DNA from: Eledone cirrhosa | Lineage: Eukaryota | NCBI GenBank assembly: GCA_964016885.1 | Contig: OZ024740.1 | Coordinates: forward strand, 350,796,001-350,860,000 | Direction of reading: 5' to 3' | Length of the DNA stretch: 64,000 bases | Made by a program: the position numbers and the translations under genes | Shown here: piece after piece, positions 42,105 through 57,600 of the stretch | How positions within the stretch are numbered: position 1 is the stretch's first letter | Layout: each line of letters starts with the position of its first letter | The notes under the pieces: generated by a model | The model's input: the letters and a program-made list of their open reading frames with translations, nothing else | Database searches by the model: none | Told to the model about the DNA's origin: nothing

Positions 42105-42300
42105 GATAAATCTACCAAGAGTTTACGGTAGTGTCCAATCCGTATGAAGAACTCAATGTAATCCGGATATCATGGAAAGAAGAGATGCATTCAAAAATCA
42201 CTTTCGGTGGAAGATAAACGGAATACAGAGTCAAGATAAAATATTAAAAAAATAATGAATAAAACAATGAAACAGTTCCTTATATTAAACAAAAAAAGTT

Positions 42301-42449
42301 CATTATTTAACGATCGTTTCTAGGACATATATGTGTTAGAATTGGTATGCATACTCAACAGATCTATGTACAAAATTATACAAAATTATACAAATTATCA
42401 AATATAATATACATACCAACACATACATATGCCGTCTTCAGAAATAATG
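42301..42449 (-). ncRNA. Type I hammerhead with a ~115-nt stem II region, family J
   Basis: Reverse complement cattattt CTGAAGA c ggcatat...atatgtc cta GAAA cgatcg TT aaataatg; 8-bp stem I and palindromic stem III. Confidence 0.78.
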
Positions 42450-42910
42450 AATTATATCTATTGATAATAACAACAATTCAAAATTACAGGTCTGTTTGGG
42501 AACAGAGTTCAAATTGACCAATGAAATACACAAAAAAAAATATAAATCAAGAAAATACAGTTAGGTGTGTGTATATATGCAAGTAACTTCGTTCATAGAT
42601 ATGCATAAAGATATATGTTCACATGCATACGCATGTCGAAAAAATGTATGTAAATACAAAAATTCAGGGCTAATGTCTCTGTATGTTTATAATCTACAGA
42701 TAAAATACACATACGCATATAAACATATATAGATTCATATATACACACATATATATACATTCACACACACACGCGCATATACACATAAATATACACATAC
42801 CCACGAACATACACACACACACTCACACACATATATATGTATATATTATTATTATAACTATATGGATATTTAGGCACACACATATATATATATATATATA
42901 TGTGTGTGTG

Positions 42911-43018
<108 letters not shown>

Positions 43019-43345
43019 AAAGAATAGATGTGTAACACACGAGTTATGATATATTGGTAAAAGGAAAAGAAAATGCTGACTAATTGTTCCCAGTGAAAAA
43101 TAGTTTAATTAGGAATAAGTAAAAATTAGTAATAGTATTGGTTAGTATTCAGTTTTGGTTTTAAGTTTTACCGGTTGCGCATTTCTAATGCTTTACAAAA
43201 ATAAATCTATATATATATATATATATATAAGTCTATATATATAAATATATATAATATATATTTGTGAAATGGGCGGTGGTTGAAATTCAGATGTGCACGG
43301 TAAAATGGTAGTAGACGTGGTCGGACTGACATGAAAATTTACACA

Positions 43346-43385
<40 letters not shown>

Positions 43386-43890
43386 ATTGTGTAAATGTTC
43401 ATGTCAGGCCACTCCCACAATTGAAACAACTATTTAGGCCGCCGACCTCTGCTTGACTGACCCCATTTCACGCGCACGCGCGCTCTGCTGAATACCTCAG
43501 CTATTCAAAACAACGAACAGCGGAGGACACCTTTCGCACCTTTCCGACAGACCCCCCTCCCCCCAAGTTGATGGATGTGAATCCGAAATATATAGGGAGA
43601 ATTAAATCACTCGCAAGTGACTCTATCTCGTGTAATAGAAAAATAAATAAATAAAATAATGAATAAATAAATAAATAAATCATTATTATTGTTATCCTTT
43701 ACGCTCTTTCCTACACTCTTCTACACACTACAATTCACTTACATCTCTCTCTCCACCACCGGATCTTGTTACCCGGAGATTTACCCATTTGCATTGTTGA
43801 GGCTTCCAAAACGACCTAAATAAATATACCTTATTATTCCACAATGCTTCAAGCAACTTCAATACTCTCATATATATATATATATATATA

Positions 43891-44770
43891 CAGTGGCGGA
43901 CTGGATAAAAAAAATATTAGTTGCCAGGAGATGGAGGGGGCCTACCTACATATAGAATGCTATCATTTGATTTTTATAATTAATAATAACATTTTCAAAA
44001 AATACATAACTGGAAACAAAAAAGTGCAATCAAATTTTTGCGGGATAATATCTTACCTTCTCCAATAGAAAATATTACGTATTTTGCGAAATCCAGAGAC
44101 TTTCAATAATGATCAGAAGTCGACCCTAAATATTACTAGGAAAGACACGAACGACACCACATCTTTTTAACTTTGATTTTGAAAGTAGGTTTATAATTAT
44201 CAATTTTCATAGGTTGCCTAGTTGGAGGAATCAAAGACGTTGGTGATCGTGATATGCAGTTCGATCCTGGTCGGTAGTAGGGTTCCCAGTAAACCTTTTC
44301 AGTTTTTTTCTATGGGTTGTAAAATAAAAACTGAAAGAGGTTACATGTACCTCTTGAACAGGATTGAACTCAAGGCCAGGATCTCCACCGCCTCTAGTAC
44401 CTACCGCTAGGCCACAGAGACAACTACGAAAATCTTATGAAAATTCATACTTATAAACCTACTTTAAAAATGTTCAAAATAAAAATGATGTGATATCGTT
44501 CGTGTCATGCTTAATGTTATTGCTCCTACTTAAGGTCGACTTGTAAATCATTTGGGCGTTCCATTAACTACATTCTCGTTTTGTTTCACATCTATCTAGA
44601 CTATATTTTAACCTGTAATCCATGTTTCATTTATGATGCACCCCATTTCTCCTCCCTTCTCTCTCTCTTTCTCTCTGTGATATTTGAATCTACTATGAGT
44701 TGGGCTTACCTTATTCATGTATATATGTTATTGCATGTCAATTAGAATCAAACTTACAATGATTGGCATT
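43891..44770 (+). mobile_element. Longest copy of the CAGTGGCGGA repeat, with an internal imperfect inverted repeat
   Basis: Matches 8780-9390; 44117-44270 is roughly inverted relative to 44360-44542. Confidence 0.65.
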
Positions 44771-44777
44771 ATATATA

Positions 44778-44844
<67 letters not shown>

Positions 44845-44924
44845 TATAAGCAGAACAAGCAAAATTCAACCAATTTTTTAAAATAAATTAAAAAATATAA
44901 TTTAAATATTTACCTATTCATATG

Positions 44925-45006
44925 GCTCTTACCGATCGGTTTCGCCTTGTAAAACACCAGAGACCCAATGGATTTCTAATGGAAAATCAAGGCTCATCAG
45001 AGAAGC
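44925..45006 (-). ncRNA. Type I hammerhead, family K
   Basis: Reverse complement gcttct CTGATGA gccttg...caaggc GAAA ccgatcgg TA agagc. Confidence 0.86.
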
Positions 45007-46364
45007 ATTTTCCCTTCCTAGGGCTAAAGACCCAGGAACGATAAAATATATTGTTATCTGCCAGCTAGCACAGATCCAAAAGGCCGAAAAATGACCTGTA
45101 CGTGAACTACCCGAGGTGAAAGCGGGAAAAACATAGACGTGTTGTCTATCTCGTTACTAAAAATAGCAGCTAAATAGAAACAACATGATTGTTCTCAACA
45201 AATGGAGGGTGATAGAAGAAGTTAGTAAGCCCGTGGGTACTAAGTACCCCTGGAAATACATAGGTTGTCTATGATTTAAGGTTGTTCTATGGTATCAATT
45301 TGACATACCAGAACTATATATATATATACATATACATATATATATAGAGAGAGAATATTTACGTATCGAGAGAGAGAAAATGAGGGATAGGTGATACATG
45401 TAGTTATTTGCCAAATAGCGTATGCAGAGGGTGCTCAATACTAGTGCCGGCAGTGTTAATATCTAGTGGGCGAGAGAATTAGCAGAGCGTAAGCAGGTGG
45501 AGAAGTAAAATACAGAACAGACCGTTAAAACAGGTTTATTTAAAATAGCACCTACGTACGTTTCGTCCGAATGGGCTTCTCACGGGATAATAACTAAAAG
45601 GCGTTCCTTACATGACTCGGAATGGGTTTTTAGAGATAAGTTCACGTTAGAGTTCATTCTTCGTAAAAAATACATGTTTTGATTTTGCAGTAGGTCAAGG
45701 GAGATAACTCTGGCCGGTGTTAGGGCAGTCATTTCCGGACAAATTTTTTATCCGATACAAGCATGTGGTTACTACCTTACCAATGCCGATACGCACAGGG
45801 TCAGGTATGCAACGTTTGTTTCGAGACGTTTGTTTACTGCGCCTGCCTGCCTGGGTCGATTCATGCCGAGTCTGGGATGCATGGTTAATTTCCTTATGAT
45901 TTTAGCAGCGCCTGCCCGCCGGGGTGTTAAATATATATATATATATATATATATATACAGTGGCGGACTGGGTCTAAAAATATTGGTTACCAGATGAAGG
46001 GGGCGCACCTACATATAGAATGCTATCATTTAATTTTTATAATGAATAAATAACATTTTCAAAAAATACATAAGTGGAAACAAAACAGTCCAATCAAATT
46101 TTTGTGGAAAAATATATCTTACCTTCTCCAATAAAAATATATATTTTGCGAAATCCAGACACTTTCAATATATATATATATATCTATCTATATATCTATA
46201 TCTATATATATATATATACACACACACCACCTTTACTACTAATTGATTTGACAGATTTCTTTAAACGATTGATACCAAATATCATTTGATCAGTAGTTCA
46301 TGTGTAAGTATATAAATATCAATATATATATATATATATATATAGTAGTTCATAAGTAAGTATA

Positions 46365-46407
<43 letters not shown>

Positions 46408-46471
46408 TATAATTAAGGATGGTTTTCTGAAGGAGAATTTTTTTTAAATCACACAGTTAAGTGCATATTTA

Positions 46472-46508
46472 TTCCTGCTGATTTCGTGCGAATGAAATAA
46501 TTATAGGG
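46472..46508 (+). ncRNA. Hammerhead variant with CTGCTGA core
   Basis: ttc CTGCTGA t ttc gtgc gaa t GAAA taatta TA ggg; stem I is weak and relies on G-U pairs. Confidence 0.5.
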
Positions 46509-46520
46509 CATTAGAAGTCA

Positions 46521-46592
<72 letters not shown>

Positions 46593-46598
46593 AGAATA

Positions 46599-47928
<1,330 letters not shown>

Positions 47929-48291
47929 AGAATTTCTATAGACTTTTGACTGAGGAATGGTCTCACAACTGACCAATGGGAGGAGAGGGTGTCCTTTGAC
48001 GCTGAAATTCGTTTGTTCGAATTCATGTATTCCAGTTCCTCAGAGAAATAACAACCCAACCAGGAACTGGGCATATCAGAGTATTGACGAAGAGAGAGAG
48101 GAGGGGGGGAGAGAGAGAGAGACTGACACAGAGAGAGACAGATAGATTGGGAGTTACCAGTTTAGAATAGTAAGACCACTTTTCAGCTGAGTACTCAATA
48201 TTTAAGAAAGTAGAGTGCAGGTATACCAATGAATTACTGCCCGAAACGGCATCAGTTCAGCCGCCGGGCAATAACGCGCACACACACAAAC

Positions 48292-48424
<133 letters not shown>

Positions 48425-48565
48425 GTTTCGGTTATTTGTCGGAGATTCCTTCATAGAAGCCTCATTCTTATAGCCTGGTCTATTCGATTTTTTATATAGT
48501 TAATTATGCTAATTGGGAGAGGAAATAGTATATATTTTATCTTGTGATTCTATAGACATGTTTTA

Positions 48566-48606
<41 letters not shown>

Positions 48607-48613
<7 letters not shown>

Positions 48614-48967
48614 GTTCCATGTATTTTATTATGCGCATTTCAAAAACAAATATCATCATGCAAAAACATTTGCGTTTTCGTCAGATAAAATAGGGAGACA
48701 TGATAACATATATGTTGATTTAAAACTGCACTATTCACAAGTGTGTTTTAACCTTCATATCATGTCTCCCTATTTTATCTGACGAAAACGCAAATGTTAT
48801 TGCATGATGATATTTGTTTTTGAAATGCGCATAATAAAATACATGGAACTCTTTTAACCATCTTTTGATCTTATATATTATGTATACCCCAGTCCTACAA
48901 ACTGTAGAGTGCTACTTATCCGATATCTGCATTGCTTTATTGTACTACAATAAAACTCACCTCCTAC

Positions 48968-48970
<3 letters not shown>
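48607..48970. mobile_element. Fold-back mini-element, family O, with the 3' half of an HHR-like motif
   Basis: 48607-48705 is inverted at 48758-48855; ctgac GAAA acgcaaatg TT; single-copy tail. Confidence 0.7.
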
Positions 48971-49005
<35 letters not shown>

Positions 49006-49131
49006 GGAAAATGTTTAACCCAGACGGCTTGAGGTCTACCGTCGGGGTTAAACATTACCCACTCTACTACCCTAAGTATTGAGTACTCTGGAGCGCTATG
49101 GTCCATCTGGTTCCGTACCACAATTCCTTCG

Positions 49132-49200
<69 letters not shown>

Positions 49201-49207
<7 letters not shown>

Positions 49208-49386
49208 ATACTTTGGGAAGGTCATGTTGCCAATAAGAAACACACGCACCAGTAACTTTCACTCCAATTTATTATAAAGTAAATTATAAATTTTTTTAAA
49301 AATTATAAATTTCCGGTCGGTTGGTTGGCTCCACAACCGGATAGTTGTTCTTGTTCATATATTGTCAAAGTTCTTTCGTCACACAT

Positions 49387-49388
<2 letters not shown>
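49201..49388 (-). mobile_element. Truncated 3' end of PLE family F, ending inside HHR stem II
   Basis: Matches 13367-13540. Confidence 0.85.
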
Positions 49389-49463
<75 letters not shown>

Positions 49464-51314
49464 CCTGTGAATTTGTGCGTGTGCGTGCGCTCGTGCATTT
49501 GTCTGTGTTTCGTAATATTTCTATTAATGTATACAAATGTATGAAAATGGAAAACACCACATTATCATCGATAAGACTCAAAGTGATACCAACATTCAAA
49601 TATAACAATTTTTCTCATTGATTTTTGATCAACAAGTACCATCTATTCTAGTGGGGCGCTGACTAGTGAATCATTTATTGTAAAAAAAGTAAATCTAGAT
49701 TTCTGACGTGCGAATGATAAGAGCTTAGGCCAACCTATTTTATTTTGCAGTCTATTTAATTTGATACTTACGACATATTCGAGAAGGCGCGTGGCCTAGT
49801 GATTAGCATATTGGTCTCATGCCTATAATGTTCGATTCCTGGACTGGGTGGCGTGTTGTGTTCCAGAGGAAAACATACCATTTCACTTTGCTCCAATACA
49901 TTCAATTTGAAATTAGTTCCAGCAACAACTGAGAGTTAACCATGCGATGGAGTAGCATCCTATCCAGGAATAGACTAGTACTCTCTGTCGCTTAACGCCG
50001 AGAAAACTGAGATGAGCCCCGGCATAATGAATCTCCAGGTTTGAAACATACTTTACCGTACGATATATTTATCATTATTACTGACGTCGATAAAATAAAG
50101 TACCAGTAATGCACTGGGTTTTTGCTGGCCTTGTGCCAAAAGTAGAAACAAATATTACTGACGTCGCTAAAATAAAGTACCAGTAATGCGCTGGGTTATT
50201 GCTGGCCTTGTGCCAAAAGTAGAAACAATTATTACTACGGACTGAGTTCAAATCCCGCCGAGCTTAACTTTGCCTTTCATCCTTACGGGGTTGATAAAAT
50301 AAAGTACCAGTAATGTATTAGTTAATTGCTGGCTTTGTGCCAAAAGTAGAAACAATTATTACTGACGGTGCAGGTTAATAATCTTCTATGGTGACTTGAA
50401 TTTATACAGCTGTGTATGTATAACAGTATATATATACTGTTCCTCTAATGAATTCAACTTCTCGGAAATAAAGAAGCTGTATATTATATATTATCACCTT
50501 TATCCAAGAGAAGTTGATTCACTTGTTTGTTATTTTCTCGTCATCCCTATTTATTCTCACTTTGCAGTCTCATTTTCTACCTAGAACCGCCATCTTCTGG
50601 GAATTCCGTCTGTTTATATCGTTTTTGTTGTAGTGCTTTAATCCTGATCTAAGCAGATCTATTATCAAAGGCATTCCCTATATTAGGGGCATCTAGGACT
50701 GCATCATCCAATATGGCTTTCTTTGTTAAGACTGGGTGTGTTGATGAAAGTGCTGCTACCAAGTGTGGCCTACATGATTAGTCCTTGCCAGGGCTAAACA
50801 ACAACAACAATAAATAACTCACGTGCATATGCTCATGCACACATGTTCACATTCTCGATGAAACACACCGAACTCGATCGCACAAATATGTACGCTGTCA
50901 AATATGTACACAATTATATAGAAAACTATATTATACACATGGTGATAGACGTAATTCGTCACTAGACTTAACACCAATACTTGAAACTTATGTACCTTTA
51001 GCTGAGTCCACTCTGTAGCAAGAATTCGGGTCAGATATGTGGTTTTAAGATAGATTACACCTTTTCTCCTACTATTTGCAGAGTCACAGAAAACGGACAT
51101 GGGTACTGCCCCTCCTCCCTTGGGAAAGCTAAAAAAAAAAATCAAATTCGAAATTTTGTTCATGCTAACCAAATACACATATTTGCTCCATCATTCTCTT
51201 TATCTACCCTTCTTCTTCTTCTTCTTCTTCTTCTTCTTCTTCTTCTTCTTCTTCTTCTTCTTCTTCTCGAACAACAGAGCTGCGATGGAATTGTTCTGCA
51301 TGGTTGTATAATGT

Positions 51315-52042
51315 GTGTTTTCTAAATTTAAGACAGTAGGGAGGGGCATGATATGGGGGAGAGTTAGCTGCTGTTTCTAGCAGGTTTAGTGACCTCATAG
51401 GGGATATGCGTTTTCTAAATTTAAGACAGTAGGGAATGGTGTGATATGGGGGAGAGTTAGCTGCTGTTTCTAGCAGGTTTAGTGACCTCATAGAGGATAT
51501 GTTTTCTAAATTTAAGACAGTAGGGAGTGGTGTGATATGGGGGAGAGTTAGCTGCTGTTTCTAGCAGGTTTAGTGACCTCATAGAGGATATGTTTGCTAA
51601 ATTTAAGACAGTAGGTAGTGGTGTGATATTGGAGGAGAGTTAGCTGCTGTTTCTAGCAGGTTTAGTGACCTCATAGAGGATATGTTTTCTAAATTTAAGA
51701 CAGTAGGGAGTGGTGTGATATGGGGGAGAGTTAGCTGCTGTTTCTAGCAGATTTAGTGACTTTATAGAGGATATGTTTTTTAAATTTATGACAGTAGGGA
51801 GGGGTGTGATATGGGGGAGAGTTAGCTGCTGTTTCTAGCAGGTTTAGTGACCTCATAGAGGATATGTTTTCTAAATTTAAGACAGTAGGGAGTGGTGTGA
51901 TATGGGGGAGAGTTAGCTGCTGTTTCTAGCAGATTTAGTGACTTTATAGAGGATATGTTTTTTAAATTTATGACAGTAGGGAGGGGTGTGATATGGGGGA
52001 GAGTTAGCTGCTGTTTCTAGCAGGTTTAGTGACCTCATAGAG
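51315..52042. repeat. Tandem satellite, 8 copies of ~90 bp
   Basis: Unit tgttttctaaatttaagacagtagggagtggtgtgatatgggggagagttagctgctgtttctagcaggtttagtgacctcatagaggata. Confidence 0.95.
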
Positions 52043-52697
52043 TATATTATTGTGTATAGTAAATAAACTGATATTTCTTTCTTCCACGTTCGTTGAGAGG
52101 TTTTAAAAAAGATTTATCGCTATTTTTTTTTTTTGTTGTTGAATAAATTTATCTGTTGCTTTTGAATAATTGTTGTTTCATATGAAATGTAATAAGTTCT
52201 CTTTGTCATTGAAGTAAATAAATGTTTGACCGTTCCACACTAAAAAACAAACGGTCTCTCTCTTCGGCATTCCTAAAGGAAGTTTGTAAGCATGTATGTA
52301 GTTTTATCGAATTTTAAGGAGAGTAAAGAGAGGTATTCTGATTCTATTAGAGGGGTAAAGCGTCATGTATTTAGTTTTATCGATTATTTCCATAATCGTG
52401 GGGGAGTTTGAAGGAAATAAATAGTCGTTGACCTAAGTTAGACCATTTACAACATTTTTACAGACGTTGAGAGTCGAATAGGTTTAAAATTGTGCAAATG
52501 TATAAACATGGAACATGCACACACACAACAACAACAATCTGCCTTTTATAGATAATGATATATATATATATATATATATAAACGTTTGTATATGTATAAT
52601 AAAGCCAAAAAAATGCAGGTATGGACATAGAATAAAGAATGCAAATGCAAAAGATATTGTTGACAATTAGTCTTTTACCTTAGATTTATTTAAATGT

Positions 52698-52732
52698 CTT
52701 TAATTTTCGAGATAATATCTCTTCTTCAGAGG
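52698..52732 (-). ncRNA. Minimal hammerhead, family E (3' pLTR)
   Basis: Reverse complement cct CTGAAGA a gagat att atctc GAAA at TA aag; core intact, stem I mismatch. Confidence 0.7.
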
Positions 52733-53063
52733 GAAGTAAAGCTGTTAATCCAGTGTTCTAAATAGCTTGCCAAGTCATGCTGACAGGAAATGGTATAGAG
52801 TATCTGTTCTATCTCTAATGTCAAAGAGTTAAGATTAGGTGGATAAGGAGTAGTCTCCCTTTAAAAGTTTTTTTGTTTTTTTGTTTTTTTTGTACATGCC
52901 TGTTTAAGTGTGTGGGAGAGTGCATGAAGGTGTAAGTATGTGAGCGTGTGTGTGTGAGTGTGAGAAGATATGTCTATACGTAAATGTGGGGGATAGATGT
53001 TATCTCGTGTTAGAATTGGTTTTGTGTGTGTATGTGTGAGAGAGAATAAGTGGAGGTGTAAGC

Positions 53064-53102
<39 letters not shown>

Positions 53103-53149
53103 CGTGTGTGCGTGTGGGGGTGTGTGTAAATATGGGGCTAGAAGCTCTA

Positions 53150-55379
53150 TCAAGTTATAAATTGGGTGTTGAGTTCTAGTCTATTATTGATTGGTGGTTG
53201 TGTTTTGTCTATAATTAGTGCTTCCTTAATTCTAAGATTGCCGAGGTTTCTTTCCTTAGTTTCTATCCTAACTGTTATGGTTTTGTCGGTGTTTTTGCAT
53301 TTAACTAGGTGTTTCTTAAATGAGGAAGCGTTAGTATTGAGGTGTTCTTTTATTCTTATGTGGAGTGGTCTGGTGGTGCTACCTACGTAGAAGTTGTTGC
53401 ATTTGTCACACTCTAGTCTGTATACGACGTAAGCCTGGTGGCATAGGTCTGTGTCGTTGATGGGGCAGTTGGCTAGTCTGCAGCAGTTGTCATGTATGGT
53501 GGAGTGTCTTTTGGTTAGCTGTCCGCGTAGAGAAGGACCTGAGTGGGCCAGTTGGATATCTAGTCCCTCTCGTCTGATAGCTCTGCGGATGGATGTTGTT
53601 GTTTCTTCACTGAAGTGTGGGAGCTTCAGGAAGCAAGTGTTAGTGCCTCTGGTGTGGTGTCCTCTGTTCTTTCTGGCACGGTTTGTGGTGGATGTCTTGT
53701 ATCCGTTCAGTTTGAGTACTTCCAGGAAATGTGTGGTGTGTGTCTCTCGGTCTCTAGCGTCGGTGCATTTGTTCCGGATACGTGTTAGTTCGTTCCTTAT
53801 GTATCCGAACTTAGCGCCGGCTGGGAGGGCCGATCTGAAATGTACGAACAGGTCCCTGCTGGCGGCTTTTTTATAGAAGCAGGTGTGGATGTTGCCTTTC
53901 TCTGTTACCCTGAGTTGGAAGTCCAGTAGGGATAGGGATCCGCGGTCATCGGGGTGTTCCATGCTGAACTTTATACTGGCGTCCATGCTGGAGAATGTTG
54001 TGTATATTTTATCTGCCTCCTCATGGGATGATGTAAGGATGAGTATATCATCTACATATCGGGTGAAGAAGGTATGGGAATGGCAGGTGTTGAGGGCTCG
54101 GCATTCTAGCTGGTTCATGTAGGTTATGGCCAGCAGACCTGATAGGCTGGATCCCATGGGTAATCCTGTTGTCTGTCTGTATGTGTGGTGGTGAAAGGTG
54201 AAGTAGTGTTGTCTACTGTGAAGGACAAAAGCTGATGTATGTCCGTTGGATGGAGGCCGTAGCAGTGGATGTCTCTGCGACCACGCAGTCTGTCAATAAA
54301 TCGACAGCTGGATGAGCGGGGACTGTAGTGTAGAGAGAGACAACGTCGAGGCTAAAGGCGTATCTATTTAGTTTAAGTTGTTCTGGCTGGAGTTTGTGTA
54401 GTCTACGTATAACTTCGTCGGAGATACTGACATGCCCGGGAAAGGTGGAGAGTAGAGGCTTGAGGACCTGGGAGAGGAGCCAGGAAATTTTGTATAGGGG
54501 TCCTTCTATGCTAGAGACGATGGGTCTTATTTGCGTCTTAGTACTATTCTTGTGGGTCTTGATGAGGTGGTAGAAAGTGGGCAGTCTGCTATTTCTAGTT
54601 GTGTAGTTGGGCTTAACTTTATTTGGGAGTTGTCTTCTCCTACAGATATCGAACCAGATGGAGTTGGTCTGTTTTTCGATCTGGGCTGCAGTCATGTCCG
54701 GGATCTCTGTATATAATACATTGTCGCTTAGGTGTTCAAAGGCTAGGTTGTTGTATGTGGCTTGAGAGATGACGCAAAACTCTTTACCTTTGTCGGATGG
54801 TAAGTATACAAGTTCACTATTCTGTAGGTTCTTCAGGGCGAGTTGTTGTGTCCTGGAGAGGTTTGGGGCTATCTTCTTCTGTTTCCGTAAGATGTTAAAT
54901 ACGGAATGTTTTAGCCTCGAGAGTTTTTCTTCAAGCTCGCGGTTGGCAGGCGGTGGACAGAATGAGCGATCCAGTTGGTATATCGGGAATCTGGGTTTGT
55001 TAGATTCCGTGGTGTTGTTGCCGAGAGTCGATATCCATTTTAGTTGGTAGGCAGCCCGACAGAAATTCGTTTCTATGTCGAGCCATAATTTGTCGTCCAG
55101 TCTCTGTTTCAATATAAACTTGGGACCCAGGCTGAGGAGGTCTAATTCCTCTCGGGAGAGGGATCCCGTCAAGTCTGTGACGAGGTGTTTTGCGTCAGGT
55201 GTGTTGGTCGGGGCGCCGCTAAGTTCGGTGTTGGTACCGTCTTGTTCGCCTCTGTTGGTGTTTAGAGTTGGGATGTTGTTAAGACGGTTGGCCGTGCTGA
55301 GTTTGAGAAATGTTTGCGTTAGACGTATTTTCTCGTAGTCTCGGCGATGGTGGTATGTCCTGTCTATAGCGGCGGAGAG
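53150..55379 (-). pseudogene. PLE RT-GIY-YIG ORF, 5'-truncated, with one apparent frameshift near 54230
   Basis: LLSLGPKF, PSDKG, KTHK..RPIVS, SLDVVSLYT, GLPMGSSLS, RYVDD, LLDF, VVYRLECDKCNNFYVGSTTR..RIKEH; the frame stays open upstream to the pLTR junction. Confidence 0.92.
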
Positions 55380-55524
55380 AAAAAAAACCCTTTTAAAGGG
55401 AGACTACTCTTTATCCACCTAATCTTAACTCTTTGACATTAGAGATAGAACAGATACTCTATACCATTTCCTGTCAGCATGACTTGGCAAGCTATTTAGA
55501 ACACTGGATTAACAGCTTTACTTC

Positions 55525-55559
55525 CCTTTGAAGAAGAGATATTATCTCGAAAATTAAGG
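55525..55559 (+). ncRNA. Minimal hammerhead, family E (inverted pLTR)
   Basis: cct TTGAAGA a gagat att atctc GAAA at TA agg; stem I intact, C3U change. Confidence 0.7.
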
Positions 55560-55718
55560 ACATTTAAATAAATCTAAGGTAAAAGACTAATTGTCAACAA
55601 TATCTTTTGCATTTGCATTCTTTATTCTATGTCCATACCTGCATTGTTTTGGCTTTATTATACATATACAAACGTTTATACCTCATTACACAATACTTCA
55701 AGTGAACTATAACTTCTT

Positions 55719-55875
<157 letters not shown>

Positions 55876-56326
55876 AGAGAGAGCGAGAGAGAGCGAGAGA
55901 GAGTGCCTTCGAACACTTCGTTGTCACGTGTTATTTCCAACAAGGGAAGCAACCCCTTGTTTTTGCCGGGTAAATTCAAAGTGTTAACAAGGGAAATATA
56001 ATTTCCGCTCAAACATTCCGAATAAAAGCTCTCAAGCAGATGTTATTAAACAAACACAAATAATTAACCAATCAACAGAATTGTCTAATTAAATTAATTA
56101 GTTAATTATTAAATCTAGGAGAAAATAATACAAGTGGAAGCTTAGTAAAATCGAAGCTTTGGCTGTGGCCAAGCAAAGTCGACCTACAATAGGATTGTGT
56201 TAGCAAAGCACTCAATAAAGTCCTTAGAGTAACAACATACGTTTAAATAGCTTGACAAATTGAACATTGCGGTAGGCAAAACCCAACCATACAATACCAA
56301 AGTAACGAAAGAACTAACAGGTTAAA

Positions 56327-56367
<41 letters not shown>

Positions 56368-57339
56368 GGGAGTGTGTATGTATACTCTCTTTCTTTCCTT
56401 CATTTTCTCTCAATCCTTTCCCCCAATCTCTATGTATGCGTCTCCTATTATTTGCCCCCCCCCCCCCCCATTATCTCTTTTTCTCGGTCCACCTCTATTC
56501 TTCTCCTGTCCATCTATATCTCCTCATCCCTCTATATGTGTCTTACTCTCTCTCTCACTCTCTCTCTCAAAGGTTTGTCTATATTTTTTATGATTGATTG
56601 AATGTTATTTTTTTCTTTCCTACATTTTGTTTGTGACACTGCAGAGAACGTTTGAGATTGAATGTCACGAGAAGAGAAATAAACATTTTGTAAATTAATT
56701 TCCTCTCGTGACATTCACTCTCAAGTGTAAATGAATAATCAAGAGATAAAAGACAATTTTCTATTGTAGTTTAGCATCACGAACTTGATATGTGGTAAGA
56801 AACTGCTACTACTACTACTACTACTACAACTACTACTAACTACCACAACTAATAATAATTGTTTCTAATTTAGGCACAAGGCCAAAAATTTGTGGAGAGA
56901 GAGAAAGCCGATTACATCGACCCTGTTTAATGACTAGTACTTTAATTTATCGACTCCGGAGGGACGAGAGGCAAAGCTGACTTCGATGGAATTTGAAAGC
57001 AGAACGTAAAGATTCATAACTAAATAACACAAAATATTTTGACGGAAACCCTACCGATACTGCCAATGCAGCACCCTGTTCCACCAAATAATAATTATCA
57101 TTACATTAATAATCATCATTGATTCTACTTTTGGCGCAAAGCCAGAAATCTGAAGGAATGAGGAAAGTTAATTAAATCGACCCCATATTTTGACTGGTTA
57201 GGTGAGGGGGCCGTTCACTCTGAGTTAATGTCACTGTTAATGTTACAGCGACCCATTCTCTGAAAACGGGCCCGAAACCGGCTGCCAAAATTTTAAAGCG
57301 TAATGGACCTGATATCTATATAGACCGCTTTGTTCGGTT

Positions 57340-57600
57340 CTTTTCTCAGTACCACCACCACCCCAGTCTCACAGAATTGGTAATTCTCCCATTCTGCTGC
57401 CAGTTGGCGTTGGTATCTGCTAAGATGTCGCCGAACAAGTCTGGCATATTTGAGCAAAGCTCGTAAAACAGACTATCCAAACCATGCGATTTGCCCGTTA
57501 TGCAGCTACTCATCGCTGTTTCGTAACAATCCGTCTCCCTCACCGAGAGCCGCGACAGGCCATCGAGGTAGACACTGAAAACCATCTCTTGATCGGCCAA
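57340..57600 (-). pseudogene. Small L1/Tx1-like LINE RT N-terminal remnant
   Basis: GKSHGLDSLFYEL resembles the KSPGxDGxxxE motif. Confidence 0.5.

Noticed and set aside
51315-52042. CRISPR-like array
   Set aside because: Whole units repeat with no unique spacers, there are no cas genes, and the context is eukaryotic
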